A stretch of DNA of 64,000 nt from Conexivisphaerales archaeon. GTDB taxonomy: Archaea > Thermoproteota > Nitrososphaeria > Conexivisphaerales > DTJL01. A model generated the notes under the pieces. It had not been told where the DNA came from. It searched no databases and saw only the letters and a program-made list of their open reading frames with translations. Numbering within the stretch: position 1 is the stretch's first letter; each line of letters opens with the position of its first letter. Both the position numbers and the translations under genes were made by a program. This document shows, piece by piece, positions 17,858-28,870 of this stretch. The DNA lies in NCBI GenBank assembly GCA_049509455.1, contig JBEKZX010000001.1, positions 99,110 to 163,109 of the forward strand. The letters run 5' to 3'.

Positions 17858-18880
17858 CTAGAGGATGTACTTCGTGACGTCGCCCTGGGGCATCGGCAAC
17901 ACGGACACGGTGCTCTGAGCTCCCGCCTTGCAGTTGCAATTCACGATGGCCGTCACGCCTTTCAGGGCGTCGCTATACCTCGCGACGATGGAGGCAGCCA
18001 GCACCAGTTCGTCGTGTCCGAAGGCTCCTCTTAGCAGGCCGACGGGGCCCATTATCTTTTCGACTTCGAGGAGGACGTCGCTGCCCCTGGCCAAGGGAGG
18101 GATCTCGCTGTTCTCCACGACGTCGCGGCCCACCACCAGCTTCGACATCGGGCTGAACCTAAGGTGCCGGCCCAGCTTCAACAGATCGATGTCATTCTGA
18201 TCAGGACGCGCTTCGTGCTGGAACAGGTCCTTCAGCCGTCTCGCGAAGCCCTTCTCCGTGAGCAAGCAGCCTCCCGAAGGGTTGGGGTACTCCTTCCACC
18301 CTATCGCCTTCGCCATCTCGATCTGAGTGTGCCGGCTCCTTCCTTCGATGGTAAGGAGCTTATTCCTGTCCACCCATCCCTTCTTCTCTGGGATCGTAGG
18401 CTCTAGGAGCTTCGCCGAGAGAGGCCTGAGTATGAGCCCTTCCAGGCCCGACTCCGTCTCAATGATGCCCAGGGCGTTCAGGTTCTGGCTCATGGGCCTC
18501 TGGCCGACCACCTCCCCGGTGACCACGAAATCGGCCCCCAACTCCTTCATAAGCTCCTTCGCCCTCCCATACATCATCACGCGGCAATCGATGCAAGGGT
18601 TCATGGCGCTTCCGTAACCATGGCGAGGCTTCTTCACGATCTCCAGATACTCTGTGCCCAGGCTGACGGGCTTCCACTCGACCCCGTACTTCAACGTAGT
18701 GTCCCCGATCTTGCCGCCGCATGCCCCACTGCCACAGTCGAAGTTGCAGAACGGCGTCTTGAAGCTGACGGCGGTGACGTCTATCCCCATCTCCCTCATC
18801 ATGGAGAGGGCGAGGGTGCTGTCGAGCCCCCCCGATAGGAGGACCAGGGCCTTCGGCTTCCTGTCCGCATCGGGGGACAT
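17858..18880 (-). CDS. PP-loop tRNA thiolation enzyme (ThiI/MnmA-like) with DUF814-like C-terminus
   Basis: LSGGLDS, NPCIDCR, TGEVVGQRPMSQ, GGCLLT, GRHLR. Confidence 0.82.
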   Translation of the reverse strand: MSPDADRKPKALVLLSGGLDSTLALSMMREMGIDVTAVSFKTPFCNFDCGSGACGGKIGDTTLKYGVEWKPVSLGTEYLEIVKKPRHGYGSAMNPCIDCRVMMYGRAKELMKELGADFVVTGEVVGQRPMSQNLNALGIIETESGLEGLILRPLSAKLLEPTIPEKKGWVDRNKLLTIEGRSRHTQIEMAKAIGWKEYPNPSGGCLLTEKGFARRLKDLFQHEARPDQNDIDLLKLGRHLRFSPMSKLVVGRDVVENSEIPPLARGSDVLLEVEKIMGPVGLLRGAFGHDELVLAASIVARYSDALKGVTAIVNCNCKAGAQSTVSVLPMPQGDVTKYIL

Positions 18881-18980
18881 ACGACGGCCTTCGATCCTGA
18901 CGAACGATTTAAGCGTTCACGGTGACTCCGATGGCTAACCTTTTAAACACGTCAACTTCAATTTACGGATACCTAGTCTC

Positions 18981-20114
18981 ATGGCACTCTACGAGGCACA
19001 TTCCTCTCCCCCGCCAAGGGTTTCGGTCATCATCCCTGTCCTCAGATGGGCTAAGACGTTAGAGGATACGCTGCAGAAGCTAACCGCCGATCCGTATGCC
19101 GAGAAGCAAGTCATCGTGGCCATAGACGAGCCCTCGCCCGCTTCTCTAGCACTTGTCCAAAGGTACGGCAGGGATATATGCTTCAAGCTCAGCGAGCACC
19201 GACGAGGCAAGGTCAAGGCCATCGAGGATTCCTTTGCCGCGTCCGCCGGAGAGATCCTCATCTTCCTCGATTCGGACACCGTGATAAGGGCGGACTCGAT
19301 CATATCTAAGACGGCCGCCGAAATCCAGGGCTACGACATGCTCGAGATGAAGAAGGGCGTCGTAACCGAAGGGCTGCTTTCCAACATCGTCTATTACGAA
19401 TACGTCGGCTTCAATGCCGCCAACTGGATGCTGGCGAGGAGGATGAAGAAGACCGTAGGCGTCAACGGGGCTGGCTTCGCCATCACCAAGGTGGCCTACG
19501 AGAAGATAGGGGGCTTCCGGAACGTCGTCTCGGAGGACCTGGACCTAGGCCTCAGGGCCTACCTTCAGGACCTCAAGTTCAGGTACGCCGACGACATCAT
19601 AGTGGACACCTTCTCCCCCTCGACGCTGAAGGTATGGTGGAAGCAGAGGAAGAGGTGGTCCTACGGCACGGCGCTCTGGTTCCACGACAACTACAGGCCT
19701 CTGCTGTCGGCCCTGAAAAAGCATCCGGGCATCTTGCTCACTGCGCTGGTCATGATCTTCCCGACTCTCCTCAGCGCCATCTTCGGGCTGGCCTTCAAGA
19801 ATATGGCCGCCCTTGACATCATCGCGCTGGCCATGCTCACCGTCTCTTCCAGATCATTCCCCTTGATATTGGCCTTCATCCCCTACGTTGCCCTCCCCAA
19901 CATCTTTGGGGTGGGACTCTCGATACTGGTGGGCTTGATAGGCTACTCCGCTATCTACTTGGGCTTCACCCTGAGGCTGGGTTACAAATTCAAGCCACAC
20001 TACTTCCTCCTCTACTACCTGGTCTACTCTCCCGTCTGGCTCGTCGCCATGATCTGGGGGCTGGTGATGGTCTTCGTCAGGAAGGAGACCATCTCCATCG
20101 ACTGGAAGGTCTGA
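18981..20114 (+). CDS. GT2 family glycosyltransferase with C-terminal TM segments
   Basis: FLDSD (DxD), SEDLD, QRKRW (QxxRW). Confidence 0.92.
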   Translation: MALYEAHSSPPPRVSVIIPVLRWAKTLEDTLQKLTADPYAEKQVIVAIDEPSPASLALVQRYGRDICFKLSEHRRGKVKAIEDSFAASAGEILIFLDSDTVIRADSIISKTAAEIQGYDMLEMKKGVVTEGLLSNIVYYEYVGFNAANWMLARRMKKTVGVNGAGFAITKVAYEKIGGFRNVVSEDLDLGLRAYLQDLKFRYADDIIVDTFSPSTLKVWWKQRKRWSYGTALWFHDNYRPLLSALKKHPGILLTALVMIFPTLLSAIFGLAFKNMAALDIIALAMLTVSSRSFPLILAFIPYVALPNIFGVGLSILVGLIGYSAIYLGFTLRLGYKFKPHYFLLYYLVYSPVWLVAMIWGLVMVFVRKETISIDWKV

Positions 20115-20118
20115 CTCC

Positions 20119-21522
20119 CTATCCCTTCACGACCCCTCTCTGCGTTATCCTGTAGGGGTCCAGCACCTTGTCCAGCTCCTCGTCGGTCATCAGCTTCTTC
20201 TCGCTGATCACCTGCCTCACGGAGACTTCCCGCTTCATTGCCTCCTTCACGATTTCTGCCGTCTTATCGAAGCCTAGGTAGGGGTTGAGCGCCAAAGCGA
20301 TCCCCGAGCTGGCCTCGAGGAGCCGCTTCTCCTTGGCGATATCGACCACGAGGCCGGCGAGCAGCCTCTCCCGGAGCATCTTCAGGCCATTCTTCATTAT
20401 CTCGGTGGAGAAGATCAGCTCGTAGGCTATCAGGGGCATCATCACGTTCAGCTCCATCTGCCCGGCGTGGCTTGCCTCCTCGATGGACCTTTCGCTGCCC
20501 ATGACGTGGAAGCATATCATGTTCATGCACTCCGCGATGACCGGGTTCACCTTGCCGGGCATTATCGAGGAGCCGGGCTGGACGGCGGGGAGGGTCACTT
20601 CACCAAAGCCCGTCACAGGCCCAGAATTCATCAAGCGGAGGTCGTTGCAGATCTTGGAGACGTCCACCGCTAGCGTCTTCAGAGAGGACGCCGCCCAGAG
20701 GAGGTCAGCCATTGAGTGGGTCACGTCCACGAAAGAAGCGGGGCTCTTGAACCGGAAGCTGGTCTTGGCCGAAAGGAACCGCAGTGCTTCCTCGACATAC
20801 GCGGGCTCGGCGTTCACGCCCGTGCCCACCGCCGACGCCCCGAGGTTCAGCTCGGTGAGCATATCGGCCGCCTTCCTCAGCCTTTCGCCATCCTTGGAAA
20901 GCGTCCGGCTCCAACCTTCGAAGACTTGGCCGTACCTGATGGGGGCCGCGTCCATGAGATGCGTGCGCCCGGGCTTCACCACGGAGCTGTACTTCGTCGC
21001 CAGGTCGCCCAGGCTAACCTCCAGGGAGTCCAGCTCGCCGAATAGCTCCCTAAGCAGCAGTAGGGCGGTGACCCGGATGACGGTGGGGATGAAGTCGTTG
21101 GTCGACTGGCCCATATTCACATCATCGTTCGGATGCACCAGAGAATACTGGCCCTTCTTCCCGCCCAGAAGCTCGATGGCCCTGTTAGCTATTACTTCGT
21201 TCGCGTTCATGTTGTGAGAGGTGCCCGCACCCGCCTGGAAGACGTCCACAGGGAACTGGTCCAACAGCTTCCCAGAATACACCTCTTCGGCGGCCCTGCA
21301 TATGGCGTCTCCCTTCCGCCTGTCGAGCGCGCCGGTCTTCATGTTGCCGACGGCAGCGGCCCACTTGACCAGAGCCGAGCTCCTGATGAACAGGGGGTGA
21401 GCTCTGGTCCCGCTTATCCTAAAGTTGTCGAGGGCCCTGGCGGTCTGGACCCCATAGTATGCATCGAAAGGAACGTTAACCGGACCCAAGTAGTCCTTCT
21501 CGACCCTGAATTGCTCTGCCAA
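20119..21522 (-). CDS. aspA: Aspartate ammonia-lyase / class II fumarase superfamily (AspA-like)
   Basis: GSSIMPGKVNPVIAE signature, GRTHLMDA, QAGAGTSHNMNANE. Confidence 0.8.
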   Translation of the reverse strand: MAEQFRVEKDYLGPVNVPFDAYYGVQTARALDNFRISGTRAHPLFIRSSALVKWAAAVGNMKTGALDRRKGDAICRAAEEVYSGKLLDQFPVDVFQAGAGTSHNMNANEVIANRAIELLGGKKGQYSLVHPNDDVNMGQSTNDFIPTVIRVTALLLLRELFGELDSLEVSLGDLATKYSSVVKPGRTHLMDAAPIRYGQVFEGWSRTLSKDGERLRKAADMLTELNLGASAVGTGVNAEPAYVEEALRFLSAKTSFRFKSPASFVDVTHSMADLLWAASSLKTLAVDVSKICNDLRLMNSGPVTGFGEVTLPAVQPGSSIMPGKVNPVIAECMNMICFHVMGSERSIEEASHAGQMELNVMMPLIAYELIFSTEIMKNGLKMLRERLLAGLVVDIAKEKRLLEASSGIALALNPYLGFDKTAEIVKEAMKREVSVRQVISEKKLMTDEELDKVLDPYRITQRGVVKG

Positions 21523-21705
21523 GGGTGCTTCGCTCTGACCTCTTCCTTTCCATGGTTCTCTTAAACTAAGCGCTCGATGCGCCTCCTCCTGCGCTTGAAA
21601 TGGAGGACGGTCTTTGGGCCGCCCATCACATCGTCCCGTTCGTCTTACATGAATCCTGTCTCGGCACTAGCTTTAAATCTCTCGTTCTGTCGGTCGTTGA
21701 GGAGT

Positions 21706-22692
21706 GTGATACGGTTGGACTACAGCCTCTGGAAGCTTAGGTTTACGATGCTGGGGACGCTGACCCTGGTCATCGGGGCTTCGACGTTATTCCTAGCCAT
21801 AGTGTTGTCGTACTTGGGCGCCTTCGACATCATGACGGTTCTGGTGCTCGTCGTCGCCCTCAGTCTGATCCAATGGCTCGTGGGGCCCTACCTGGTCGGG
21901 TTCATGTACCATGTGAAGGAGGTTCCCGCCAACCAGCAGACCGCGGTCCACGGGATGCTGGAAAGGATAGCCCAGAAGGCCGGCCTCAGGGTCCCCAGGC
22001 TCATGCTTTCGCCCGTGCCGGCGCCCAACGCCTTCGCCTACGGCTCGCCCATCACGGGGAGCAGGGTCTGCGTCACCCAGGGCCTCCTGAGCACGCTGGA
22101 GCCCGCGGAGGTGGAGGCAGTCCTAGGACACGAGCTGGGACATCTCAGGCACAGGGACGTTCAGATAATGATGTTTGTCTCGGTCCTTCCGGCCATCTTC
22201 TACTACCTCGGCTTTTCGCTATTTTTCGGCGGCTCGGTCGGCGGTTCCGGGAAGAACAACGGTGTTTCGGCCGCCGCCATCGGGGCCTTAGCTATGGTAG
22301 CTTACTTCATACTGAACCTCCTCGTGCTGAGCCTCAGCCGCGAGAGGGAGCTGTACGCGGACAGGCACGGCGCCCAAGTCGTCGAAGACGGCGCCGAGAA
22401 GCTGTCTTCGGCCCTAGCCAAACTCGACCTCTATGGGAGGCGCGGAATGTCCAAGAAGGGCCGCTCCTCCCAGGCCATGGGCTTCAAGGCCCTGCTCATC
22501 ATCGACCCTGACACGACCCAGAAGGTCGTCACCCAGTCCGGCTACAGCGACGAACAGCTCATTGAGCAGGTGGCCAACAGGAGGATTTCGACGGGCGAGA
22601 AGGTGTTCGAGGTCTTTTCGACGCACCCCAACATCGTCAAAAGGATTAGAATCCTGCAAGCCATGAGGGCCAGACCCTCCCAGATCCAGTAG
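21706..22692 (+). CDS. htpX: HtpX-like M48 zinc metalloprotease
   Basis: PNAFAYG, HELGH (HExxH), RERELYAD, STHP; start approximate (GTG 21706 or TTG 21715). Confidence 0.92.
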   Translation: MIRLDYSLWKLRFTMLGTLTLVIGASTLFLAIVLSYLGAFDIMTVLVLVVALSLIQWLVGPYLVGFMYHVKEVPANQQTAVHGMLERIAQKAGLRVPRLMLSPVPAPNAFAYGSPITGSRVCVTQGLLSTLEPAEVEAVLGHELGHLRHRDVQIMMFVSVLPAIFYYLGFSLFFGGSVGGSGKNNGVSAAAIGALAMVAYFILNLLVLSLSRERELYADRHGAQVVEDGAEKLSSALAKLDLYGRRGMSKKGRSSQAMGFKALLIIDPDTTQKVVTQSGYSDEQLIEQVANRRISTGEKVFEVFSTHPNIVKRIRILQAMRARPSQIQ

Positions 22693-22808
22693 ACCTCTCC
22701 AGCGGGAACGTCATTTCTCTTTCAAGCTTCCCCACCGCGGAGGTTAAATGAGGAACCGTTAAGAGTCTGGGAGGCGACGGTCGTTTTTGACATCGGTGAC
22801 TGGTAAGA

Positions 22809-23177
22809 TTGGAAGAAACTTCAGGTAAGCCGGTCGTCCTTAGCGACGGCGATTTCAAGAGCGCCGTCCAGAGCCATCCCGCTCTCGTGGTGGACCTCTG
22901 GGCCGAATGGTGCTATCCCTGCAAGATGGTGGGCCCCTTGGTGGAGGAGCTCGCCTCGGAGTACAAGGGGAAGGTCCACTTCGGCAAGCTCAATGTCGAC
23001 GAGAACCCCGCCACCGCCGAGGCCTTTGACGTCATGGCCATACCCACGCTGCTCGTCTTCCGAGACGGTAAGCTGGCCGGCAGGATCGTGGGGGCCCTGC
23101 CCAAACCCTCGCTGAAAGCGAAGATAGACCAGATCCTCGCGGGAACGGAGACGAAGCTCTACCCGCCTTCTCCATAA
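22809..23177 (+). CDS. trxA: Thioredoxin
   Basis: WAEWCYPCK active site; AIPTLLVF; VGALPK. Confidence 0.95.
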   Translation: MEETSGKPVVLSDGDFKSAVQSHPALVVDLWAEWCYPCKMVGPLVEELASEYKGKVHFGKLNVDENPATAEAFDVMAIPTLLVFRDGKLAGRIVGALPKPSLKAKIDQILAGTETKLYPPSP

Positions 23178-23236
23178 CTTTCTGCCCAGCCTGCGCTGGG
23201 CTTTGGCAAATCAAAAGAAATGCGAATGAAAACTTA

Positions 23237-24868
23237 CTACATGCCGCCAGGCGGCGGGCCTCCGCCCTCTCTGCCCATGCCCTTCGAAGCAATGACGTCG
23301 TCGATTCTCAAGATCATTATGGCGGCCTCGGTGGCCGACTTTATGATCTGCGACTTCACCACCGCTGGCTCGAAGACCTGTTCCTTCTCCATGTCTCCCA
23401 CCTTGCCGTCGAAGACGTTGATGCCGGCCCAAGTCTTGCCCTTAGAATGCGCGGCCCGCAGGTCCACTTGCGTGTCTATAGGGTCCATCCCGGCGTTGGA
23501 GGCCAGCGTCAGGGGGATGACCTCTAAAGCGTCTGCGAACGACTGCGCGGCCAGCTGCTCCCTACCCGACAGCGTGTGGGTCCACTCCCTTATGCGGTGG
23601 GCTATCTCTGCCTCGGGTGCCCCTCCTCCGCATACGATCGTGGGCTTCTCGATCACGTCCTTGACCACGCTTATCGCGTCGTGCATGGCCCTCTCTCCCT
23701 CGTCAACGACCCTCTGAGAGCCGCCCCTCAGGAGGATGCTGACGGCCTTCGGGTTCTTGCAGCCTTCAACGAAGACCCACTTGTCCTGTTCGATCTTCCT
23801 CTCCTCGACCAACGCAGCCTGCCCCAAGTCGCCGCGAGTGAGGTCGCTGAGGTTTGTGACCATCCTGCCTCCAGTCGCCTTCGCCAGGCGCGTCATATCG
23901 CTCTCTTTCACGCGTCGGACGGCTAGGATGCCGGCTTTCGCGAGATAGTGCTGGGCGATATCGTCGATGCCCTTCTGCACGAAGACCACGGTGGCGCCAA
24001 CCTCGGCGACCTTGTCCACCATGTTCTTCAGCATCTTCGCCTCTTCGTCAAGGAAGGACTTCATCTGGGTAGGGTCGGATATCCTGATTTCGGCGCTCAT
24101 TTCGGTCTTCTCTATCTCGAGCGGTGAGTTGAGGAGCACGATCTTCGCCCCCTCCACCCTCTTGGGCATGCCGGCGTGGACAACCTCCTTGTCTATGATG
24201 ATGCCGTTGATCAGCGTAGTGTCGCTGAGCGACTTCCCGGGCTTCTTCTCGACCTTGACGTTGTCGATGTCCACCTTCAGCTTATCGCTCGACCTGTCTA
24301 CCACGTGGAGCACCGCATCCACCACGATATTCGAAAGCTGCTCGCTCTCCTGCGAGACCAGCTTCGAAGCCAGGCTCGTCTTTGAGACTTTGATCAACCA
24401 CTCCCTATCGGTGGGGTCCACCTTGATGGCGATCTTCGCCAAGACGTCTAGGGCCTTTTCGGATGCTATGGTGTAGCCGTCGACGATCAGTGTTGGATGA
24501 ACGTCTTTGTCGATGAGCTCCTCGGCCTTTTCGAGAAGCGCGCCCGCCAGCACGACCGCACTCGTGGTGCCGTCGCCCACTTCGCTGTCAGTGGCCTTGC
24601 TTATCTCGACCATCATCTTGGCGCCCGGGTGCTGAACGTCGAGCTGCTTCAGCATGGTAGCGCCGTCGTTGGTGATAGTCACGTCGCCCAGGGAGTCGAC
24701 GAGCATCTTGTCCATGCCCCTCGGCCCCAGCGAAGACTTGACTATCTCGGAGATAAGCTTCGCGGCGTTGATATTATTCCTGAGAGCATCCCTTCCCTTA
24801 GTTTCTGAGGCTCCCTCCTTCAGAACTATAACGGGTTGACCACCGGATTGGTATGTCATCAAATCCAC
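23237..24868 (-). CDS. ths: Thermosome (group II chaperonin) subunit
   Basis: [31 protein letters not shown]; Gly/Met tail. Confidence 0.98.
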   Translation of the reverse strand: MDLMTYQSGGQPVIVLKEGASETKGRDALRNNINAAKLISEIVKSSLGPRGMDKMLVDSLGDVTITNDGATMLKQLDVQHPGAKMMVEISKATDSEVGDGTTSAVVLAGALLEKAEELIDKDVHPTLIVDGYTIASEKALDVLAKIAIKVDPTDREWLIKVSKTSLASKLVSQESEQLSNIVVDAVLHVVDRSSDKLKVDIDNVKVEKKPGKSLSDTTLINGIIIDKEVVHAGMPKRVEGAKIVLLNSPLEIEKTEMSAEIRISDPTQMKSFLDEEAKMLKNMVDKVAEVGATVVFVQKGIDDIAQHYLAKAGILAVRRVKESDMTRLAKATGGRMVTNLSDLTRGDLGQAALVEERKIEQDKWVFVEGCKNPKAVSILLRGGSQRVVDEGERAMHDAISVVKDVIEKPTIVCGGGAPEAEIAHRIREWTHTLSGREQLAAQSFADALEVIPLTLASNAGMDPIDTQVDLRAAHSKGKTWAGINVFDGKVGDMEKEQVFEPAVVKSQIIKSATEAAIMILRIDDVIASKGMGREGGGPPPGGM

Positions 24869-25002
24869 CCTTGAAAAGACTTCGCGGATTCACGTTGAGG
24901 AAGCCTCTATTTAATTTTTCTGCCTGTTCGGGACGAAGCCTCTTTTTTGATTACATCCTCTGAGCAACCGATATATCCGACTGAACGCCAAGCGACGTCG
25001 TC

Positions 25003-25911
25003 ATGAGCCAGAAAAGCGTCGAGGAACAGATCTCGGAGGCTGCCGCAACACTCATCACGACTGCGGCCATCTATCTGCCCGCCGACGTAAAGGCCGCCCT
25101 TAAGAGGGCCCAGGACGCAGAGGTCACCGAGCTCCCCAAGAAGGTCATCGGCTCCATGCTCGCGAATCTAGACGTCGCCGAGGCCGAGGGGAGGCCCTCA
25201 TGCCAAGACACGGGCACCGTCATATTCTACGTGAAGGCGGGGGACCGCTTCCCCCACCTGGGCATACTCGAGAGCTCCTTGCGGAGCGCCACCGTCAGGG
25301 CCACAGCTGATGCTCCCCTTCGGCCGAACTCCGTGAACATCCTCACGGGGAAGAACTCGGGGAACAACACCGGCGACAGGATCCCATGGATAGAATGGGA
25401 GATCGTGCCGGGCTCCGAGACGGCCGACGTCACCGTCGTCCTCAAGGGTGGTGGGAGCGAATCACCCAGCATGGCGAAGGTCATCTCTCCCGCCGAAGGC
25501 ATGAAGGGCGTCTACAAGATGGTCCTCGACGACATCTTCGAGCAGGGGCCAAAGCCCTGCCCGCCGGTCATAGTGGGCATAGGCCTCGGCCCTACGGCCG
25601 ACATTGCGATGAAGTTGGCAAAGAAGTCCCTCCAGCGTGAGGTCGGCCAGCGAAACTCGGATGCGGAGCTCTCCAAGATCGAGGCCTCCCTGCTGGAGGC
25701 CATTAACAAGCTCGGTTGGGGCCCGCACGGCGTCGGGGGGCTGACGACGGCCCTCGACGTGCACATCGACGCCGTCAACCGCCATCCCGCGTCCTTCGCG
25801 GTGGGCATAGCTACTGCCTGCTGGGAGGACAGGAGAAGCACCATGAGAATCTACCCGGGAGGAAGGGTCGAGTTCATTACCCATGCGTTCCTCAACAAGG
25901 GAGGCGCCTGA
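25003..25911 (+). CDS. Class I fumarate hydratase / tartrate dehydratase alpha subunit
   Basis: CQDTG, KGGGSE, KPCPP, TACW Fe-S ligand motifs. Confidence 0.92.
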   Translation: MSQKSVEEQISEAAATLITTAAIYLPADVKAALKRAQDAEVTELPKKVIGSMLANLDVAEAEGRPSCQDTGTVIFYVKAGDRFPHLGILESSLRSATVRATADAPLRPNSVNILTGKNSGNNTGDRIPWIEWEIVPGSETADVTVVLKGGGSESPSMAKVISPAEGMKGVYKMVLDDIFEQGPKPCPPVIVGIGLGPTADIAMKLAKKSLQREVGQRNSDAELSKIEASLLEAINKLGWGPHGVGGLTTALDVHIDAVNRHPASFAVGIATACWEDRRSTMRIYPGGRVEFITHAFLNKGGA

Positions 25912-25912
25912 G

Positions 25913-26518
25913 TTGACCGAGTACAGGTTCACCACGCCCGTCGGCGACGAAGTCAGGAAGCTTCGCACCGGCGACATATTGTACGTAACGGGTACTGTCA
26001 TCACAGCTAGGGACGCGGCCCATCGGCGCGCCCTGGAGCTCCTCAACAAGGGCGAGAAGCTCCCCGTCGACTTCCGCGGCCTGGCGATTTACCATATGGG
26101 CCCCGTCGTGCGGAAGGTGGGCGACCGATGGGAGGTCATCTCCGCCGGCCCCACCACATCGGCCAGGATCGAGATGTACGAAGCCGAGTTCCTCGAGAAG
26201 ACCGGGGCGAAGCTGGTCATCGGCAAGGGTGGCATGGGTGCGAAGACGGCCGAGGCATGCAAGCGGCTGGGGACGGCCTACGCCATCTACACGGGCGGCG
26301 CCGGCGCCCTGGCCGCCAAGTCGATAAAGAAAGTCAAGGGCGTAGAATGGCTGGACCTCGGGTCGCCTGAGGCGCTGTGGATCCTCGAAGTGGAGGACTT
26401 CGGACCCCTCACGGTCATCATCGATTCCGAAGGGCGGAACTACTACGACGAGGTGAGGTCCAAGGCTAAGGTCAATCTCGCCGAAGCCTACAGGATGATG
26501 GGGATAGCGACGCAGTGA
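25913..26518 (+). CDS. Class I fumarate hydratase / tartrate dehydratase beta subunit
   Basis: TARDAAH, HMGP, GPTTSAR, IGKGG; follows alpha subunit. Confidence 0.92.
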   Translation: MTEYRFTTPVGDEVRKLRTGDILYVTGTVITARDAAHRRALELLNKGEKLPVDFRGLAIYHMGPVVRKVGDRWEVISAGPTTSARIEMYEAEFLEKTGAKLVIGKGGMGAKTAEACKRLGTAYAIYTGGAGALAAKSIKKVKGVEWLDLGSPEALWILEVEDFGPLTVIIDSEGRNYYDEVRSKAKVNLAEAYRMMGIATQ

Positions 26519-26904
26519 CACGCATACAGCTCACGAAGACGCTGGCCGACTCCCTCCTAGCCTTCTCCAAGGATCAATACCCCAACGAGATGCTGGTCCT
26601 CCTTCGCGCCAAGAAGACCAGGGGGGTCATGCTCATCCACCAGGTGGTCTTCGCGCCTTTCATGGCGGGGGGGCGTGCGGCATCGACCTTCAACCCCTAT
26701 CAGGTTCCCATCGACTCATCAATCGTGGGGACGGCCCATTCTCACCCTTCGGGGAACAACCACCCTTCCCTGCAGGACCTCCTTCATGTGTACGGCTCGG
26801 TGATGATGATCATCGCTTACCCCTTTATGGGGGCGGAGTGCATAGCCGTCTACGACGCTCACGGCACCCCCCTGAGCTGGGACCTTGTGGATGAAGAGGG
26901 ATGA
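26515..26904 (+). CDS. JAB/MPN (JAMM) metalloprotease domain protein
   Basis: PNE and HSHPSGNNHPSLQD (HxH-x10-D). Confidence 0.9.
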   Translation: MTRIQLTKTLADSLLAFSKDQYPNEMLVLLRAKKTRGVMLIHQVVFAPFMAGGRAASTFNPYQVPIDSSIVGTAHSHPSGNNHPSLQDLLHVYGSVMMIIAYPFMGAECIAVYDAHGTPLSWDLVDEEG

Positions 26905-27448
26905 ACTGCGGGCCGTAGCGGAGGAGGCCGCCGCATGCACGAAGTGCGACCTCTGCAGGGGGAGGACCAACGCCGTGCCGGGCGAGGGGCCCGCCAACGC
27001 CCGAATAATGCTACTGGGCGAAGCCCCGGGGAGAACTGAGGACAGCACGGGCCGACCCTTCGCGGGGCAGGCCGGCCGCATGCTGGACAGGGCCCTCTCC
27101 AAGGCAGGCTTGAAGAGGGAGGACGTCTTCATTACCAGCGTGGTGAAGTGCCGACCTCCCGAGAACAGGGAGCCTGACGATGACGAAATAGAGGCGTGCA
27201 AGAGCTTCCTTGAGAGACAGGTGGACGCGCTCAAGCCCAAGGTGATAGTCCTGTTGGGTAGGGTGGCTTACCTCAGCCTGACCGGGCGCAAGAGCAGCAT
27301 CCAGAGGGGACCCGCTGGCCCCTATAGGGGAGCAGTGCTATACGCGACATGTCATCCGGCCGTCGCTCTCCATGGGAGGCCGCGGTGGCTGGATGCACTG
27401 GCGGTGGACCTCATGTCTGCCGCCGCCATCGCAGAGGCGTCGCGCTAG
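26891..27448 (+). CDS. Family 4 uracil-DNA glycosylase
   Basis: CTKCDLC Fe-S, GEAPG, GRPF, VVKCRPP, HPA. Confidence 0.92.
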   Translation: MKRDELRAVAEEAAACTKCDLCRGRTNAVPGEGPANARIMLLGEAPGRTEDSTGRPFAGQAGRMLDRALSKAGLKREDVFITSVVKCRPPENREPDDDEIEACKSFLERQVDALKPKVIVLLGRVAYLSLTGRKSSIQRGPAGPYRGAVLYATCHPAVALHGRPRWLDALAVDLMSAAAIAEASR

Positions 27449-28678
27449 CTATCTCGTCCTATATCTGTAGTAGAGGATCAGCAACGTAGACGCGAGGAGC
27501 AGGGCCGAGCAGATGTAGAAGGGGCTGGGGAGATAGACGCTGTACAGGACGGCCCCTATGAGCGGAGCTGGTATGGCCGCCAGCGTGGTCAAGCCTCCGA
27601 AGCCGCCCATCACCGTGGCCCTCTCCTCTATGCTCGAAAGGTCGGCCAGAAGCGCCACCTGGGCCGGCGCGTCCATCTGGCCCAGGCCCATCCATGCCAC
27701 ATACATGAGGGCGGCGTAGACCGGGTTAGCATAGAGGATGAAGAGGCTCGCAAAGATGGCCTCCAGCAGGAAGCTCGTGGCTATCACCCACGTCCTTCCC
27801 TTGAGATCGGCAAAGCGACCGAAGGGGATTTGCAGCAGGAACAGGGAGACCGCTTGGGCGGCATACATCGCACCGAGTAGCCACGGCGGCATCGACGTGT
27901 GGCTCACCGCGTAAATGGGGACCAGATAGAGCACGAGGCTGAGCCCCGCGTCGTGCAGCATGTAGGCAGCTGTTGGAATCCTGAGGGCCTTCCGTCGCAG
28001 AGGCTCGATGTTATTGGCCACGTTCGCTCTGAAGCCGGCTCGCCCCTTGAGGTTAGGGGCCAACGTTTCCGTCAGAAGGAAGGTCCGTACCACGGCTATG
28101 ATCAGGATCACAGTGCCGCTGAATATGAACAGGGGCGCTAGAGACCGCATGCTGAAGGCGTCCTGGCCGGGGAGGCTGGTCAGGGTGAGGGTGAATCCCG
28201 AGAGCAGGAGGGCGACGGCCGAGATGCTGATTGCCAGCGAATTGAATATACCGAATGCCCTGCCCCTGAATTCGGGCTTTATGCCGTCCGAAATCATGGC
28301 CCTGAAATTCGGCTGAAGTGACGTCTGCGCCCAGTAGAAGAGGATTGGGGCCCCGATAAGCAAGGCGTTGTTGGGGAACAGGAGCAGAAGCGGTGATAGC
28401 CCCAGAAGATAGGAGCTCAATACGATGATCTTCTTCCTTCCATAGCTATCCCCGAGAGGCCCCGAGACAAGGTAGGCGACGGCCGTGACCAGGCCGTAGA
28501 TTGAAAACGACCCACCGACCAGCAGGATGCTCGGGAAGCGTCCGTGCAGGAAGACCGAAAGGTAGCCCTGCCAAAGGCTTATGGAGAAGGTCGAAGCCGC
28601 GGATGTTATCCCCAGCACCGCCACGTTGCGGTTGATAGATTCGGTGCTGAAGAGTCGCACTATGCTTGCCTTCAACAT
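27449..28678 (-). CDS. MFS transporter
   Basis: About 12 TM; GPLGDSYGRKK and GRFADLKGR motif A. Confidence 0.92.
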   Translation of the reverse strand: MLKASIVRLFSTESINRNVAVLGITSAASTFSISLWQGYLSVFLHGRFPSILLVGGSFSIYGLVTAVAYLVSGPLGDSYGRKKIIVLSSYLLGLSPLLLLFPNNALLIGAPILFYWAQTSLQPNFRAMISDGIKPEFRGRAFGIFNSLAISISAVALLLSGFTLTLTSLPGQDAFSMRSLAPLFIFSGTVILIIAVVRTFLLTETLAPNLKGRAGFRANVANNIEPLRRKALRIPTAAYMLHDAGLSLVLYLVPIYAVSHTSMPPWLLGAMYAAQAVSLFLLQIPFGRFADLKGRTWVIATSFLLEAIFASLFILYANPVYAALMYVAWMGLGQMDAPAQVALLADLSSIEERATVMGGFGGLTTLAAIPAPLIGAVLYSVYLPSPFYICSALLLASTLLILYYRYRTR

Positions 28679-28870
28679 TCGCCGCGGTATATCATCTGGT
28701 TCCCCAACTCATAAATGATACTTTGCGAGAACGGCATAGTCGTTGGGGAGTCGGAACATCGACGCTCAACTGACAAGCGACTTCAGGGCCCGAAGGCCGG
28801 GTACCGACGACGGCCCTTCGACTCGCCCTTTCCTTAAATACACCCCCGTAGACCGAGCCCAAAGACGCGC

